Source of the DNA: Vitreimonas sp.
GTDB lineage: Bacteria; Patescibacteriota; Microgenomatia; UBA1400; PJMF01
Assembly (NCBI GenBank): GCA_035627515.1
Contig: DASPLQ010000012.1
Location: 1,098,331 to 1,162,330, forward strand
Length of the DNA: 64,000 nucleotides
Reading direction: 5' to 3'
Below are positions 48,138 through 57,989 of this stretch, one piece after another; the stretch's first letter is position 1; each line of letters opens with the position of its first letter. The position numbers were made by a program, and so were the translations under genes. A model generated the notes under the pieces. The model did no database searches. It was not told the DNA's origin and saw only the letters and a list, made by a program, of their open reading frames with translations.

Positions 48138-49299
48138 GTGGTTGCTCTTCCTTTTTTTATTAATCCTGGGGCAGTTACAACGCTGGCAAGTAACAGGTAG
48201 TGTCGCTGTTTACCTTCACGAAATGGTGATGGCAATGATGATGGGTAGTTGGCTATTGTCTCTCTCATTATCAGAACTGAGGAGGAGGTTTTTTAGAATC
48301 TTCACGCTGCCGTTAAAGTTACTGTTGTGCTGGTTAATACTGGGATGGGTGATGGCAGGGGTGTCGGGAGTATCGTTGCTAGTTCCAGCGCTTTACACAA
48401 TCCGGTTAGCCTTTTACTTATTTTTTATCTGGATGATGTCACAGCAAACTGTGCTTCCTCAGCCAACTGTCAAAAAACAGGTCGTGGCAGCTGGTTTAAC
48501 GATGATGTTACTAGGGGTGCTGCAGTACATCTTTTTACCTGATACGCGCTTTCTATTCATTTTAGGCTGGGATGATCATTATTATCGATTGATTGGCACA
48601 CAGTTTGATCCCGGATTTGCTGGCATGTTGATAGTATTAACGCTCATTTTTGGTTTTAGTTATTTACACAAGACTATTCTCTGGTGGCAGTATGCATTGG
48701 CTGCGCTCCTAGTGATGGCTACAGCGATGACGTTTTCTCGGGCTAGTTTTTTATGTCTGGGTGTAGCGTTAGGTCTATTTAGTTTGCGATTTCTAGTTCA
48801 GCGCAGGATAGCCCACTTTGCCTTCACACTTATGCTAGTAGGTATTTTTGGAGTTACGCTGTGGATGCTTCCTAAACCAACAGGCGAAGGTGTCAGACTT
48901 GCCCGCACTTCCAGTGTGGAAGCCAGAGCCACAGCTTCTCGATTAGAGTTGCAGTCATTAACGCCACTGCAAACCATCATCGGTCGGGGCTTATTTGTCC
49001 CACGATCAGATCATGACCTAGACAATCCATTGCCCAACCACGCTCGCGTACCTGATAACGTAGTGATTAGCTTGCTGGTTTATCATGGCCTATTGGGCAC
49101 AGTCATGATCCTGGGCTGGTTTTTATGGCAGTTGCCTGAGTTGTGTCATCGTGATTATGAGGGCTTTGTGGCCGTTTTAGCAGTTCTGACCCACAGTTTC
49201 TTTAACAATACTTTGTTACAACCCTTTGTATTATTGTTCTTAGGATTGGGTTTGGTTTCGAGTGTGAGAGAGATAAGAGTGAAAAAAACTAAGGTTTAA
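48112..49299 (+). CDS. O-antigen ligase / polymerase-like membrane protein
   Basis: ~10 TM helices with a periplasmic loop. Confidence 0.4.
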   Translation: MRTKLWQSEWLLFLFLLILGQLQRWQVTGSVAVYLHEMVMAMMMGSWLLSLSLSELRRRFFRIFTLPLKLLLCWLILGWVMAGVSGVSLLVPALYTIRLAFYLFFIWMMSQQTVLPQPTVKKQVVAAGLTMMLLGVLQYIFLPDTRFLFILGWDDHYYRLIGTQFDPGFAGMLIVLTLIFGFSYLHKTILWWQYALAALLVMATAMTFSRASFLCLGVALGLFSLRFLVQRRIAHFAFTLMLVGIFGVTLWMLPKPTGEGVRLARTSSVEARATASRLELQSLTPLQTIIGRGLFVPRSDHDLDNPLPNHARVPDNVVISLLVYHGLLGTVMILGWFLWQLPELCHRDYEGFVAVLAVLTHSFFNNTLLQPFVLLFLGLGLVSSVREIRVKKTKV

Positions 49300-50074
49300 A
49301 AGTAACTTTGAGTTCAGTTTCAGTAGTGTTATCAGCACGATCTTTAGCTTGAATCAGGAGTGTATTTTCTCCTTCTTGAAGTTGATAGGTAGTGCTGAAA
49401 TTACCATCGCTTGCTGGATTAACAATTCGACCATTTATTAAAATTCTTACGCCGCCATTTTCATCCGTAGAACCTTTAATACTAATTACCTGATTCTTGC
49501 GGGTCTCGTAGGTTTGGCCATTAGTTGGCTCGGAAACTTCCAGCTTGGGAGGTTCAGGGTCAAAACTAACCGTATACGTTTTACTAGTGGATGATTCATT
49601 TCCGGCCGCATCTACCGCATAAAGTGCTAACTTATTGTCACCTTCTGTTAAATCAATGATAAAGTTGAAACTGCCATCATCTCTAACTTTTTCTCGAGAA
49701 TCCTCAGCCTCATTTACTAAGACCACTAGCTCACTACCTGCTTCACCGTAGCCAGAAACAGCCAGTGTCGCACTACTAGTAGCCGGAACTGGGGCAGAAA
49801 TAATGGGAATTTGGGGCGGAATAGTGTCATCAGAAGTAATTTGTTTGGTATCACCAAAAAAGGAGGTCATGAAGCGGATCAATCCAGGCACAATCACAAA
49901 TAAAAACACTACAAACAGGATCACCGCTCCACTGGCTATTAACAACGTTTGGCGCAACATGCGTTTTTGCTCATGTTTAGTAAGGCGGGAAGAGACTTGG
50001 CTGGTTCTTTTCATAAACTCATCGGATGAAGGATATAACGCATCGCGGACGGTTTGCATGTTTTGTTCATTCAT
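49289..50074 (-). CDS. membrane-anchored surface protein with repeated beta-sandwich-like segments
   Basis: N-terminal TM (LLIASGAVILFVVFLFVIVPG), two similar segments (YTVSFDPEPPKLEVSEP / ...LKVTFKP). Confidence 0.4.
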   Translation of the reverse strand: MNEQNMQTVRDALYPSSDEFMKRTSQVSSRLTKHEQKRMLRQTLLIASGAVILFVVFLFVIVPGLIRFMTSFFGDTKQITSDDTIPPQIPIISAPVPATSSATLAVSGYGEAGSELVVLVNEAEDSREKVRDDGSFNFIIDLTEGDNKLALYAVDAAGNESSTSKTYTVSFDPEPPKLEVSEPTNGQTYETRKNQVISIKGSTDENGGVRILINGRIVNPASDGNFSTTYQLQEGENTLLIQAKDRADNTTETELKVTFKP

Positions 50075-50102
50075 AGTATCAGAGTTATAGCCTCTAGAAC
50101 AG

Positions 50103-50178
50103 TGGAGCCAAGAAGGGGGCTCGAACCCCTGACCTGCGGTTTACGATACCGCTGCTCTACCAGCTGAGCTATCTTGGC
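50103..50178 (-). tRNA. tRNA-Thr (anticodon CGT), CCA encoded
   Basis: Manual cloverleaf: acceptor GCCAAGA/TCTTGGC, anticodon stem GCGGT/ACCGC, loop ATCGTAA, T-arm AGGGG-TTCGAGC-CCCCT. Confidence 0.8.
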
Positions 50179-50183
50179 TTGGG

Positions 50184-50255
50184 AGCGGGTGACCGGGCTC
50201 GAACCGGCGATCTTCTGCTTGGGAAGCAGACATTCTACCACTGAACTACACCCGC
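50184..50255 (-). tRNA. tRNA-Gly (anticodon CCC)
   Basis: Acceptor GCGGGTG/CACCCGC, anticodon stem TCTGC/GCAGA, loop TTCCCAA, T-loop TTCGAGC, discriminator U; no encoded CCA. Confidence 0.8.
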
Positions 50256-50291
50256 GGTTTTTCCGAAGCTGTTGTATTGTAGCAAGAAATC

Positions 50292-51020
50292 TTATTTCTG
50301 ATTAGCAGGAGGTAACTCGAGCTCTACAGCAGGGTAAATTAAGTCAGGATTGTAACCAATTACACTGCGATTGCGATCATAAATCTCGACCCAGCGATAA
50401 CCACTGCCAAGTTCACGCTCAGCGATCTTCCATAAACTATCACCTTTGACGATAGTGTAGCGGCCTGATTGAGGTTGTGCGGGCTGAGTTGGAGTTGCAT
50501 CGGGCGCGGTAGGAACTTGTGGGGCCTCAGGTGCCTGAGGTGCTTGGGGAGGCACAGGTGCAGTAGCAATATCTGGTGAAGTAGTAGCTTCAGGTGTTGC
50601 CATCAAAGATTCTTTGATAGTGGTATTAGGAATCATTAACTCTTGCCCAACTTCTAAGCCCTGGTCAGGTTGGAGACCGTTAGCTAGTTCGATATCTTTA
50701 TAGTTGAAAGCTGTGCCATAAAAAGCTTGAGAAATTTTCCAGGTGGAGTCACCGGGCTGGACAATATACTTCGCAGGTAAACCAGCTGCAAACTTACGAC
50801 CATTTTCTTCATAATAGGTAATTTGACGAGGTAAGTCTGAAAGGACAGGTAGAGCCATTGGAGATGCTTCTGGTTGCATTGGGGCTTTAGCACTTCGCCA
50901 CGACCAAAAAATCAATAAACAAGCGGCGGCAAATACTAAAGTGAAGCCAGTAGCTAAGGCCATCAGCGTATCTTTAGTACGTAAACTTTTAATATATTGC
51001 TTGAGGTTGTAGGAATCCAT
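50292..51020 (-). CDS. LysM-domain peptidoglycan-binding protein
   Basis: N-terminal TM, two LysM motifs (YIVQPGDSTWKISQAFYG; YTIVKGDSLWKIAERELG) separated by a Pro-rich linker. Confidence 0.65.
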   Translation of the reverse strand: MDSYNLKQYIKSLRTKDTLMALATGFTLVFAAACLLIFWSWRSAKAPMQPEASPMALPVLSDLPRQITYYEENGRKFAAGLPAKYIVQPGDSTWKISQAFYGTAFNYKDIELANGLQPDQGLEVGQELMIPNTTIKESLMATPEATTSPDIATAPVPPQAPQAPEAPQVPTAPDATPTQPAQPQSGRYTIVKGDSLWKIAERELGSGYRWVEIYDRNRSVIGYNPDLIYPAVELELPPANQK

Positions 51021-51238
51021 ATCTGCCTAAAATAACTACTTAGTAATAAGAAATACAAATAGTATTGGGCAGATACTGCTGTGATTGTAACAAACTAGAT
51101 CAGTTTGTCGAGAGGGCAGAGGTATGTAAAAATGTACATTTTGACTGTAATGACATGTGTCCAGATTCACTTTTGAAGGAAGGTGTAACGCACCCCTCGC
51201 CGAAACGAGGGGTGGTTGAGGAGTAAAGGTGTTGAAGA

Positions 51239-51661
51239 TTAGCGACCCGTGTAGCGGAACTCGCACAAGGTTACGCCAGGGTTAACGTAGAAAGCGCCAT
51301 ATGTTTTTCCCGGATTTTCAACTCTGAAGGTTGTTCCAATGAGTAAGGGGTTTAAATCACCCTTGCCGTTTCCTTCGGGGTCAAAATAAAACGGACATCC
51401 TTCAGTGACTTCATACGTTCCCGCACGCCAAAAGGTGATGGAGTAGGTAATTCCATACTCTAAAGGTTCATCAATACTGAACCGAAGCAACCGATTACTA
51501 TTCTCCCACCGTATTTCTAGATGAGGATATTCGCTGGGAAGTAAATCCTTAGCGGTGAAGGTTCTTGGAGAATAGGCTTCGTTTTGGGGAGTTTGTGCTG
51601 ACACCGTACCACCTCCTAGTAAAACAATTAACAGAATCAGTCGTAGGCTTTTCCGTAACAT
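51239..51661 (-). CDS. secreted hypothetical protein
   Basis: Signal peptide MLRKSLRLILLIVLLGGGTVSA. Confidence 0.4.
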   Translation of the reverse strand: MLRKSLRLILLIVLLGGGTVSAQTPQNEAYSPRTFTAKDLLPSEYPHLEIRWENSNRLLRFSIDEPLEYGITYSITFWRAGTYEVTEGCPFYFDPEGNGKGDLNPLLIGTTFRVENPGKTYGAFYVNPGVTLCEFRYTGR

Positions 51662-51928
51662 GACTTAGGCTCCCGCCACAGGGGAACGAGAAAGCAATTC
51701 AAAAGATCTATGCTTCCTTCAGTCCTGCGGCTATGTCAAACAACCAAAAATTGCCTCACGTAGCCGCAGGGTATACACCTTTACCTTATTAAAGAGCTTT
51801 CGACGCACTGCACGCACATGTGCGACGTCAAACGCCTCTACAAGGTAATTATCGTCATTTGTAAAAGAATTCAGTGAGAGATGAGAAAGAGTTAAGCTTT
51901 TAGTAAGCTGATAAAATCAGCATAAATA

Positions 51929-52204
51929 ATGCCTAAAAACCCAGAGTTTAATCTTCCACCTCACTCAAAACTAACACATAAGCCAGAGGGCAAGCTGTGG
52001 TTTAGAATAGATGAGACACGTTTTCATCCACTTTTTTTTGATAAGCTGGGAAATCCTACAATGAGTCCCTATTTTGGCTGTGCTTGGGTAGAAACAGCTG
52101 AAGGAGGAGAATTTGTTTGTAATGGTTTCATTCTGTTAAGGCTTGTGGGCGATGATATTTACACAGGTGATTTTTTCAGTACCTGGGAAGAGGTGATGAA
52201 ATAA
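51929..52204 (+). CDS. hypothetical protein
   Basis: 91-aa ORF. Confidence 0.3.
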   Translation: MPKNPEFNLPPHSKLTHKPEGKLWFRIDETRFHPLFFDKLGNPTMSPYFGCAWVETAEGGEFVCNGFILLRLVGDDIYTGDFFSTWEEVMK

Positions 52205-52992
52205 ATATCAGCCTGAGGTATCGATAAATGGTGTGGGGTAATTATCACCCCACTCGCTCGACAAAACTCCAACAGATACCATTCAAGTGCTGCTTCCCAA
52301 ATACCAACATGAGCTAGAAATGAATCGAAAAGCGTGGCGGTTACCGCACCGACCTGATCAGGTTCACTTAAGTGTAAGTAACAGATTCCAGTTAAAGGTG
52401 AAAGCCGGTGAGGAGAAATAATTGGTTTGACCAAACCTGGGACAACGCGCAACTCAATTTCTGGATCGAATACCTCTTCGTTATTAATATGTCGCTGTTT
52501 GAAGTTGGCACCAATAGTTTCAGCTAAATGTCTCAGTAACACTTTATCAACTTGAAACTCACCAAAACCTGAAATTAAAAAATGATGGCGTGGTCCCCCT
52601 GGGCTAATGAATGAGGCCGTAACAGTCTTTAATACTTTCACCTCGGTATCTGGACCAAAAACCTGATCAATCCGAGTCTGCTCACTCTTAAGATTCGTTG
52701 TATTTTCATGGGCAGAAGTAGCGGGTGAATGCTTTATTGACAGGGTTGGTAAATCTAACGCATCCGCACTTAGCATCGCTTCTACTAAGAATTCAAACGG
52801 AATCTGCCCCCACTCAGTTAATAATTCTCGGCCAATAATATCTACCCAGTCGCCGGCCAGATATTTGCGCAAAGATGCACTAAGCTCTGGTAAATCAGGT
52901 TGTAAACTTGGATCTTCCAGAATATCTTCGACTCTCAATGATCTTCTATGCAAAATGATTGATAAAAGTTCGTTTTCCGCACTTCGGGCCAT
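52159..52992 (-). CDS. hypothetical protein
   Basis: 277-aa ORF. Confidence 0.4.
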   Translation of the reverse strand: MARSAENELLSIILHRRSLRVEDILEDPSLQPDLPELSASLRKYLAGDWVDIIGRELLTEWGQIPFEFLVEAMLSADALDLPTLSIKHSPATSAHENTTNLKSEQTRIDQVFGPDTEVKVLKTVTASFISPGGPRHHFLISGFGEFQVDKVLLRHLAETIGANFKQRHINNEEVFDPEIELRVVPGLVKPIISPHRLSPLTGICYLHLSEPDQVGAVTATLFDSFLAHVGIWEAALEWYLLEFCRASGVIITPHHLSIPQADIYFITSSQVLKKSPV

Positions 52993-53044
52993 AGGCCAGA
53001 AATTGTAGCATGAGTAATAAAAAGGTTAAAAAAATTAAGTTTAC

Positions 53045-53120
53045 TGGCGACCTCGACCGGAGTCGAACCGGCGATCTCCTCCGTGACAGGGAGGCATGTT
53101 AACCACTACACCACGAGGCC
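53045..53120 (-). tRNA. tRNA-Asp (anticodon GTC), CCA encoded
   Basis: Acceptor GGCCTCG/CGAGGTC, anticodon stem CCTCC/GGAGG, loop CTGTCAC, T-arm GCCGG-TTCGACT-CCGGT, discriminator G. Confidence 0.8.
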
Positions 53121-53199
53121 AATTAGGTTTTCTATTATACGAACACTTTCCTTTCTTGCCAAGCCCGAACCCAGGGCTAAGATGTGCTAGCATACAGGT

Positions 53200-54219
53200 A
53201 TGCAACTCACACTCCACAAACACATGACCAACCAAGAAATTGCTGATCTTTTTAATTTTATTGCCGGTGTATTGGCCCTCAAAGACAGCAATGTTTTTAG
53301 AAGCCGAGCGTATCAGAATGCCGCGACAGTGATCGAACAATATCCCCAGCCTCTTCATGAAATGTTTTTAAATAACCCAGATTTTGATAAATTGCCAGGA
53401 ATTGGTGATACTCTCAGTGAAAAGCTGGGCGAGTTATTTACTACGGGAAGTATTAAAGCCTTTGAAAAGTACGTGGCAGATTTACCCGCTGGCATGTGGC
53501 CGTTATTTAAACTACCGGGGATTGGTGTCAAAAAAGCCTTTGTATTAGCTGTGCATTTCAAGCTTGATGACGAAGCGACCGCCTTGTCTAAAATTCTTGA
53601 GCACGCTCAACAAGGTGAGATTAGACAGTTAGAAAAATTTGGTGAAAAGAGTGAAAAAGACTTAATAAGCATTATTGAAAGTTATAAGCCTAAAAACCGC
53701 TTACCATACATGGAAGCCAAACAAGTCGCAGATGAATTAAAAGCCGAATTAGAAAAATGTGAGGCAATTTCACGCGTCGATGTCTTAGGCAGCTTGCGGC
53801 GCCAAAGTCCGACGGTTGGTGATATCGACCTTGGCATAGCGACCGATAATATGGATCTGGTGAAAAGTTTCGTGAAAAATATGAAAATTGTGAAAAGAGT
53901 AGCAGCCGCTGGCGAACAACTAATTCGCATTGTGATGACCAATGACTATCAAGCTGATATCAAGGTCTCTACGCCCGATGAGTGGGGAGCCTTTTTGCAA
54001 CACTTCACTGGGTCCAAAGAACACAACATTAAACTGCGAGAGCTGGCGCTTAAACAAGGCAAATCATTATCGGAACACGGCATTAAAGAAGAACATAATG
54101 GTCAACAAATCTTAAAAAAATTTGCCGATGAAGAAGCGTTTTATAAATACTTGGGATTACGCTGGATCGAACCATCAAAACGGGCAGGTGGCGAGGAAAT
54201 TGATCAGGCGAAGTTATAA
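53200..54219 (+). CDS. family X DNA polymerase core (Pol beta-like nucleotidyltransferase), no PHP domain
   Basis: Helix-hairpin-helix motifs (LPGIGDTLSEKLGE; LPGIGVKKA) and GS..RR....GDIDLGI nucleotidyltransferase motif. Confidence 0.6.
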   Translation: MQLTLHKHMTNQEIADLFNFIAGVLALKDSNVFRSRAYQNAATVIEQYPQPLHEMFLNNPDFDKLPGIGDTLSEKLGELFTTGSIKAFEKYVADLPAGMWPLFKLPGIGVKKAFVLAVHFKLDDEATALSKILEHAQQGEIRQLEKFGEKSEKDLISIIESYKPKNRLPYMEAKQVADELKAELEKCEAISRVDVLGSLRRQSPTVGDIDLGIATDNMDLVKSFVKNMKIVKRVAAAGEQLIRIVMTNDYQADIKVSTPDEWGAFLQHFTGSKEHNIKLRELALKQGKSLSEHGIKEEHNGQQILKKFADEEAFYKYLGLRWIEPSKRAGGEEIDQAKL

Positions 54220-54262
54220 CTAAAATATTGTATACTTAAGGTATCTTTACCAAAGGAGAACT

Positions 54263-54850
54263 ATGTCAATGATGATGATTTTATTAGCAGCTGGAGCCGT
54301 AATCGCTTTATACGTGATCACGCTTTATAACTCCCTGCAACGCTTAAAAACACAAATTGCCGCCAGCATTCAGGAAATTGGTAATCAATTGAAACGCCAA
54401 GCCTCGCTGATTCCTAATCTGGAAACCTCAGTCAAAGGGTACTTAAAACATGAAAAAGGGATTTTCGAGATGTTGACCGATGCTCGTAAAGCCGCTGTCA
54501 AAGCTTCCCAAAGTGGTACCGCTAAAGATATCGAAGCTGCCTCAGCTAAGCTGCAAGCAGTCGTCCCTCAATTAGCGATTGCTGTCGAAGATAATCCTGA
54601 ACTCAAAGCTGATCAAACCGTGATGCGTTTCATGGAAGAGTTAACTGATACTGCCGATAAGTTAATGTATGCTCGCCGCACGGTGATTGATTTGACCCAA
54701 GCTTACAATGAAAAATTAGTCACGTTCCCATCGAACATCATTGCCGGCATGTTTGGCTTCAAACCAGAAAAAGGGTTAGAAACTCCGATGAGTGGTGATC
54801 ACGTTTCTGTCAGCGAAGCCGAAACCAAAGACGTCAAAGTGAATTTGTAA
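54263..54850 (+). CDS. LemA-family protein
   Basis: N-terminal TM + LYNSLQRLK..., 195 aa. Confidence 0.6.
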   Translation: MSMMMILLAAGAVIALYVITLYNSLQRLKTQIAASIQEIGNQLKRQASLIPNLETSVKGYLKHEKGIFEMLTDARKAAVKASQSGTAKDIEAASAKLQAVVPQLAIAVEDNPELKADQTVMRFMEELTDTADKLMYARRTVIDLTQAYNEKLVTFPSNIIAGMFGFKPEKGLETPMSGDHVSVSEAETKDVKVNL

Positions 54851-54882
54851 TTTACTTACTTAGTTACTCAATTACTCAACGT

Positions 54883-55788
54883 ATGACTCATTACGATTTA
54901 GTTGCCAGCAACAAACGTAAATCACTCTATGTGGTGACCTTGTTTATTGCCTTTATTGTTGGGGCAACATACCTAATGGTGACTGGACTTGGTTATAGTT
55001 TAGACATTGTGGGGATAGCCCTGATTATTTCCGGCCTCACGTCTTTTGCATCCTATTGGTGGTCAGACTCTATTATTTTAGCTATCAGTGGCGCTCGCCC
55101 GGCTACTCGTAATGAGTTTTTTGACTTTTATACAGTGACTGAAAACTTAGCCATGTCGCAGCGAATGCCGATGCCTAAGTTATACGTCATCGATGATACC
55201 GCTATGAACGCTTTTGCCACTGGCCGCGACCCTGAGCACGCGGTGGTGTGTGCCACGACTGGAATCTTGTCACGGTTAACGAGAGCTGAGTTGGAAGGCG
55301 TGGTGGCACATGAACTGTCACACATTCAAAACTATGACATTCGTTTAATGTCGATTGTGACCGTCCTGGTGGGGTTCATAGCCTTGATGGCGGACTGGAT
55401 GTTGCGAATGACAGCGTGGGGCGGCTCTCGCAAGCGAGATGACAATGGTGGTGGTCAACTCCAGATCCTTTTCTTTATTGCGGGGCTGACATTAGCTATT
55501 TTGTCCCCCTTGGTGGCGCAGTTAATTCAGTTAGCTATTTCTCGTCGGCGAGAGTTTCTGGCTGATGCCACTGGTGCCAGCATGACTAAAAACCCTGAAG
55601 GTTTAGCACGCGCGTTAGAAAAAATTAGTCATGATCACGAACCTTTGGAAGCAGCTAATAAAGCAACCGCTCATCTTTATATTGCTAATCCCTTAAAAAA
55701 TGTCCATGGCGGCATCGGCATGTTTGCCAGTTTATTTGCCACACATCCACCCGTGGCGGAGCGATTGAAAGCGTTGAGAGGGAAATAA
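54883..55788 (+). CDS. htpX: M48 zinc metalloprotease HtpX
   Basis: HELSH zinc motif (VVAHELSHIQNYD), 4 TM topology. Confidence 0.8.
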   Translation: MTHYDLVASNKRKSLYVVTLFIAFIVGATYLMVTGLGYSLDIVGIALIISGLTSFASYWWSDSIILAISGARPATRNEFFDFYTVTENLAMSQRMPMPKLYVIDDTAMNAFATGRDPEHAVVCATTGILSRLTRAELEGVVAHELSHIQNYDIRLMSIVTVLVGFIALMADWMLRMTAWGGSRKRDDNGGGQLQILFFIAGLTLAILSPLVAQLIQLAISRRREFLADATGASMTKNPEGLARALEKISHDHEPLEAANKATAHLYIANPLKNVHGGIGMFASLFATHPPVAERLKALRGK

Positions 55789-55836
55789 ATTCAATCTGTA
55801 CAAACAATGCTAACCAGCTAAAATATTTTACTTCTT

Positions 55837-56145
55837 ATGTCGAGTCATATTACCAAACAACAAGTTCAACACGTCGCTCAATTAGCCAATATTCCTCTTT
55901 CTGATGAAGAAGCAGCCAACTTTGCCAAAGCTTTTGATGAAACCTTAGACGTCATTGATGAGCTAAAGGCTGTAGACGTGACAGGTGTGGAACCTACTAG
56001 TCAGGTGACTGGCTTAGAAAATGTGTTTCGCGATGACGTGGTCAATAATGAGACAATGTTTAGCCAAACTCAAGCCTTAGCTAATGCCAAACAAACCCAC
56101 GATGGTTTTATTGTGGTACCACAGGTGATTGATCAGGGAGATTAA
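55837..56145 (+). CDS. gatC: Asp/Glu-tRNA amidotransferase subunit C
   Basis: ~100 aa, VAQLANIPLSDEEAANFAKAFDETLDVIDEL. Confidence 0.75.
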   Translation: MSSHITKQQVQHVAQLANIPLSDEEAANFAKAFDETLDVIDELKAVDVTGVEPTSQVTGLENVFRDDVVNNETMFSQTQALANAKQTHDGFIVVPQVIDQGD

Positions 56146-57526
56146 TATGTTGAATACCTTAACGTTAACTGATGCCTTAGCAAAAATTGCTGCCAAAGAA
56201 GTCACCGCGCAAGAAATTATTGATGATGTGCTAAAAGTTGTGGCTGAGAAAAACCCAGCTTTAAATGCCTATTTAACCCTCAATGACCAAGACTTAGCAA
56301 CAGCTCTCCCTAACGCCAGTAAACTACCATTAAAAGGTGTGCCTATTTCAGTCAAAGATAACTTTAGTACGCAAGGTTTGCGAACAACTGCCTCTTCTAC
56401 AGTATTGGACAGTTTTATCCCACCCTATGACGCAACAGTGGTTAAGAAGTTAAAAGCGGCGGGAGGATATGTAGTTGCCAAAGCCAACCTGGACGCCTGG
56501 GCACATGGTTCATCAACTGAAACTTCACAGTATGGCCGTAGTCTTAATCCACGTAATACTAATTATTTACCCGGTGGTTCGTCAGGTGGCAGCGCAGCTG
56601 CAGTAGCTGCCGATATGTGCTTAGCCAGCATTGGTTCAGAAACAGCCGGCTCGATTCGTCAGCCAGCGGCATGGTGCGGAACAGTTGGTTTGAAGCCGAC
56701 GTATGGCCGTGTTAGTCGCTTTGGTGTGGTCGCCATGGCATCATCTACCGACAGCCCAGGTCCTATCACCAAAACAGTGGCAGACGCTGCGTTACTCCTT
56801 AACCACATTGCCGGTCATGATGATCGTGATGGCACCACTACTACTCAGCCTGTGCCAGATTTCACCCAAGCTCTCAATAAAGATATTAAAGGCTTAAAAG
56901 TCGGAGTGGTTTATTTTGATATCGAGGGTTTGGAAGGTGTAAAGAAGTACTATGAGCCAGCCTTAAAAGTTCTGGAAAATTTAGGTGCTGAAATAGAATA
57001 TACAACAGCCCTTGATCCACATCATGCTATTAGTGTGTACACTGTAGTTCAGCGTGGCGAAGTCAGTAGTAATTTAGGTCGCTATGATGGTATCCGATAT
57101 GGGAATGATCGTTCATTTTTGGGCGCTGAGGCTAAACGCCGGATTATGTTAGGCACGTACACACTGTCTAAAGGGTATGCTGATAAATATTACTTGTTGG
57201 CTCAGAAAGTCCGGACGTTGTTTATGGAAGATTTCCATCGCCTGTTTGCTAAATATGATGTCGTAATTTCACCTACCTCACCTGGGTTTGCGAAGAAGAT
57301 TGGCGCCACCGAGGGTGCGGCCATGTTTGGTGAGTTAGAGGATATGTTATTGGAACCGACCTCGATTACAGGTTTCCCTGGTATCAATATTCCTTGTTAT
57401 CGTGATCCCGAGACTAATTTATTTTTGGGTCTCAATATCGTGGCTAATATGTGGCGGGAAGATGTAATGATTCAGGTCGCAGATGCCTTTGAAAAGGCGA
57501 CTAACTGGAATACTTGGCGCCATTAA
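56129..57526 (+). CDS. gatA: Asp/Glu-tRNA amidotransferase subunit A (amidase)
   Basis: Amidase signature GGSSGGSAAAVAADMCLASIGSETAGSIRQPAAWCG; real start probably ATG at ~56147. Confidence 0.85.
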   Translation: MIREINMLNTLTLTDALAKIAAKEVTAQEIIDDVLKVVAEKNPALNAYLTLNDQDLATALPNASKLPLKGVPISVKDNFSTQGLRTTASSTVLDSFIPPYDATVVKKLKAAGGYVVAKANLDAWAHGSSTETSQYGRSLNPRNTNYLPGGSSGGSAAAVAADMCLASIGSETAGSIRQPAAWCGTVGLKPTYGRVSRFGVVAMASSTDSPGPITKTVADAALLLNHIAGHDDRDGTTTTQPVPDFTQALNKDIKGLKVGVVYFDIEGLEGVKKYYEPALKVLENLGAEIEYTTALDPHHAISVYTVVQRGEVSSNLGRYDGIRYGNDRSFLGAEAKRRIMLGTYTLSKGYADKYYLLAQKVRTLFMEDFHRLFAKYDVVISPTSPGFAKKIGATEGAAMFGELEDMLLEPTSITGFPGINIPCYRDPETNLFLGLNIVANMWREDVMIQVADAFEKATNWNTWRH

Positions 57527-57551
57527 CTCCTAAACTCTGATCTCTTGCTAA

Positions 57552-57989
57552 TTGCCTCTAGAACCAGTAATCTTAATGATAATGGTAGATTTTTCGCCCG
57601 GTGAACTAGCGCGTTTTCAAAAAGTTATCACAGATTTTCTGCATGTGATCTTAAAAATTGTGGGGCATACTGGTGACGAGCTCGATGAGAGTGTTCAGGA
57701 GCTGCAAAACTTTATTTTCACGACTGCACTCTCTTACGCATTGATGAAAAAACCCAAAGAAGAACGTGACCAGTTGTTAGCTCAAATTAAAACAGTCACC
57801 ACACCTCAGGGTATGGGTGAAGTTTTAAGTGGTCAATTTACCTTTGAGCAAATGGAGGCATCCTTCAAAGAAGCTGCCACTGACGTCTTGGAAAGCTATT
57901 TCCAGGAAATCACAGCTGAGTTGACTCAAGATCAAAAAAACCAGTTAATCAACTTTGCTCAGCAAGTTAAGGAATTGAAGTTTTCATGA
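57552..57989 (+). CDS. hypothetical protein
   Basis: 145-aa ORF between gatA and gatB. Confidence 0.3.
   Translation: MPLEPVILMIMVDFSPGELARFQKVITDFLHVILKIVGHTGDELDESVQELQNFIFTTALSYALMKKPKEERDQLLAQIKTVTTPQGMGEVLSGQFTFEQMEASFKEAATDVLESYFQEITAELTQDQKNQLINFAQQVKELKFS

Noticed and set aside
50103-53120. tRNA genes (Thr, Gly, Asp) as the prophage integration site
   Set aside because: They lie 19-22 kb from the integrase, with about 15 host genes in between. The integrase-proximal junction at 31083-31393 contains no tRNA-like sequence.
53041-53358. 105-aa ORF on the minus strand
   Set aside because: It overlaps tRNA-Asp entirely and the PolX 5' end, so it is an artefact of an open frame across a structured RNA gene.
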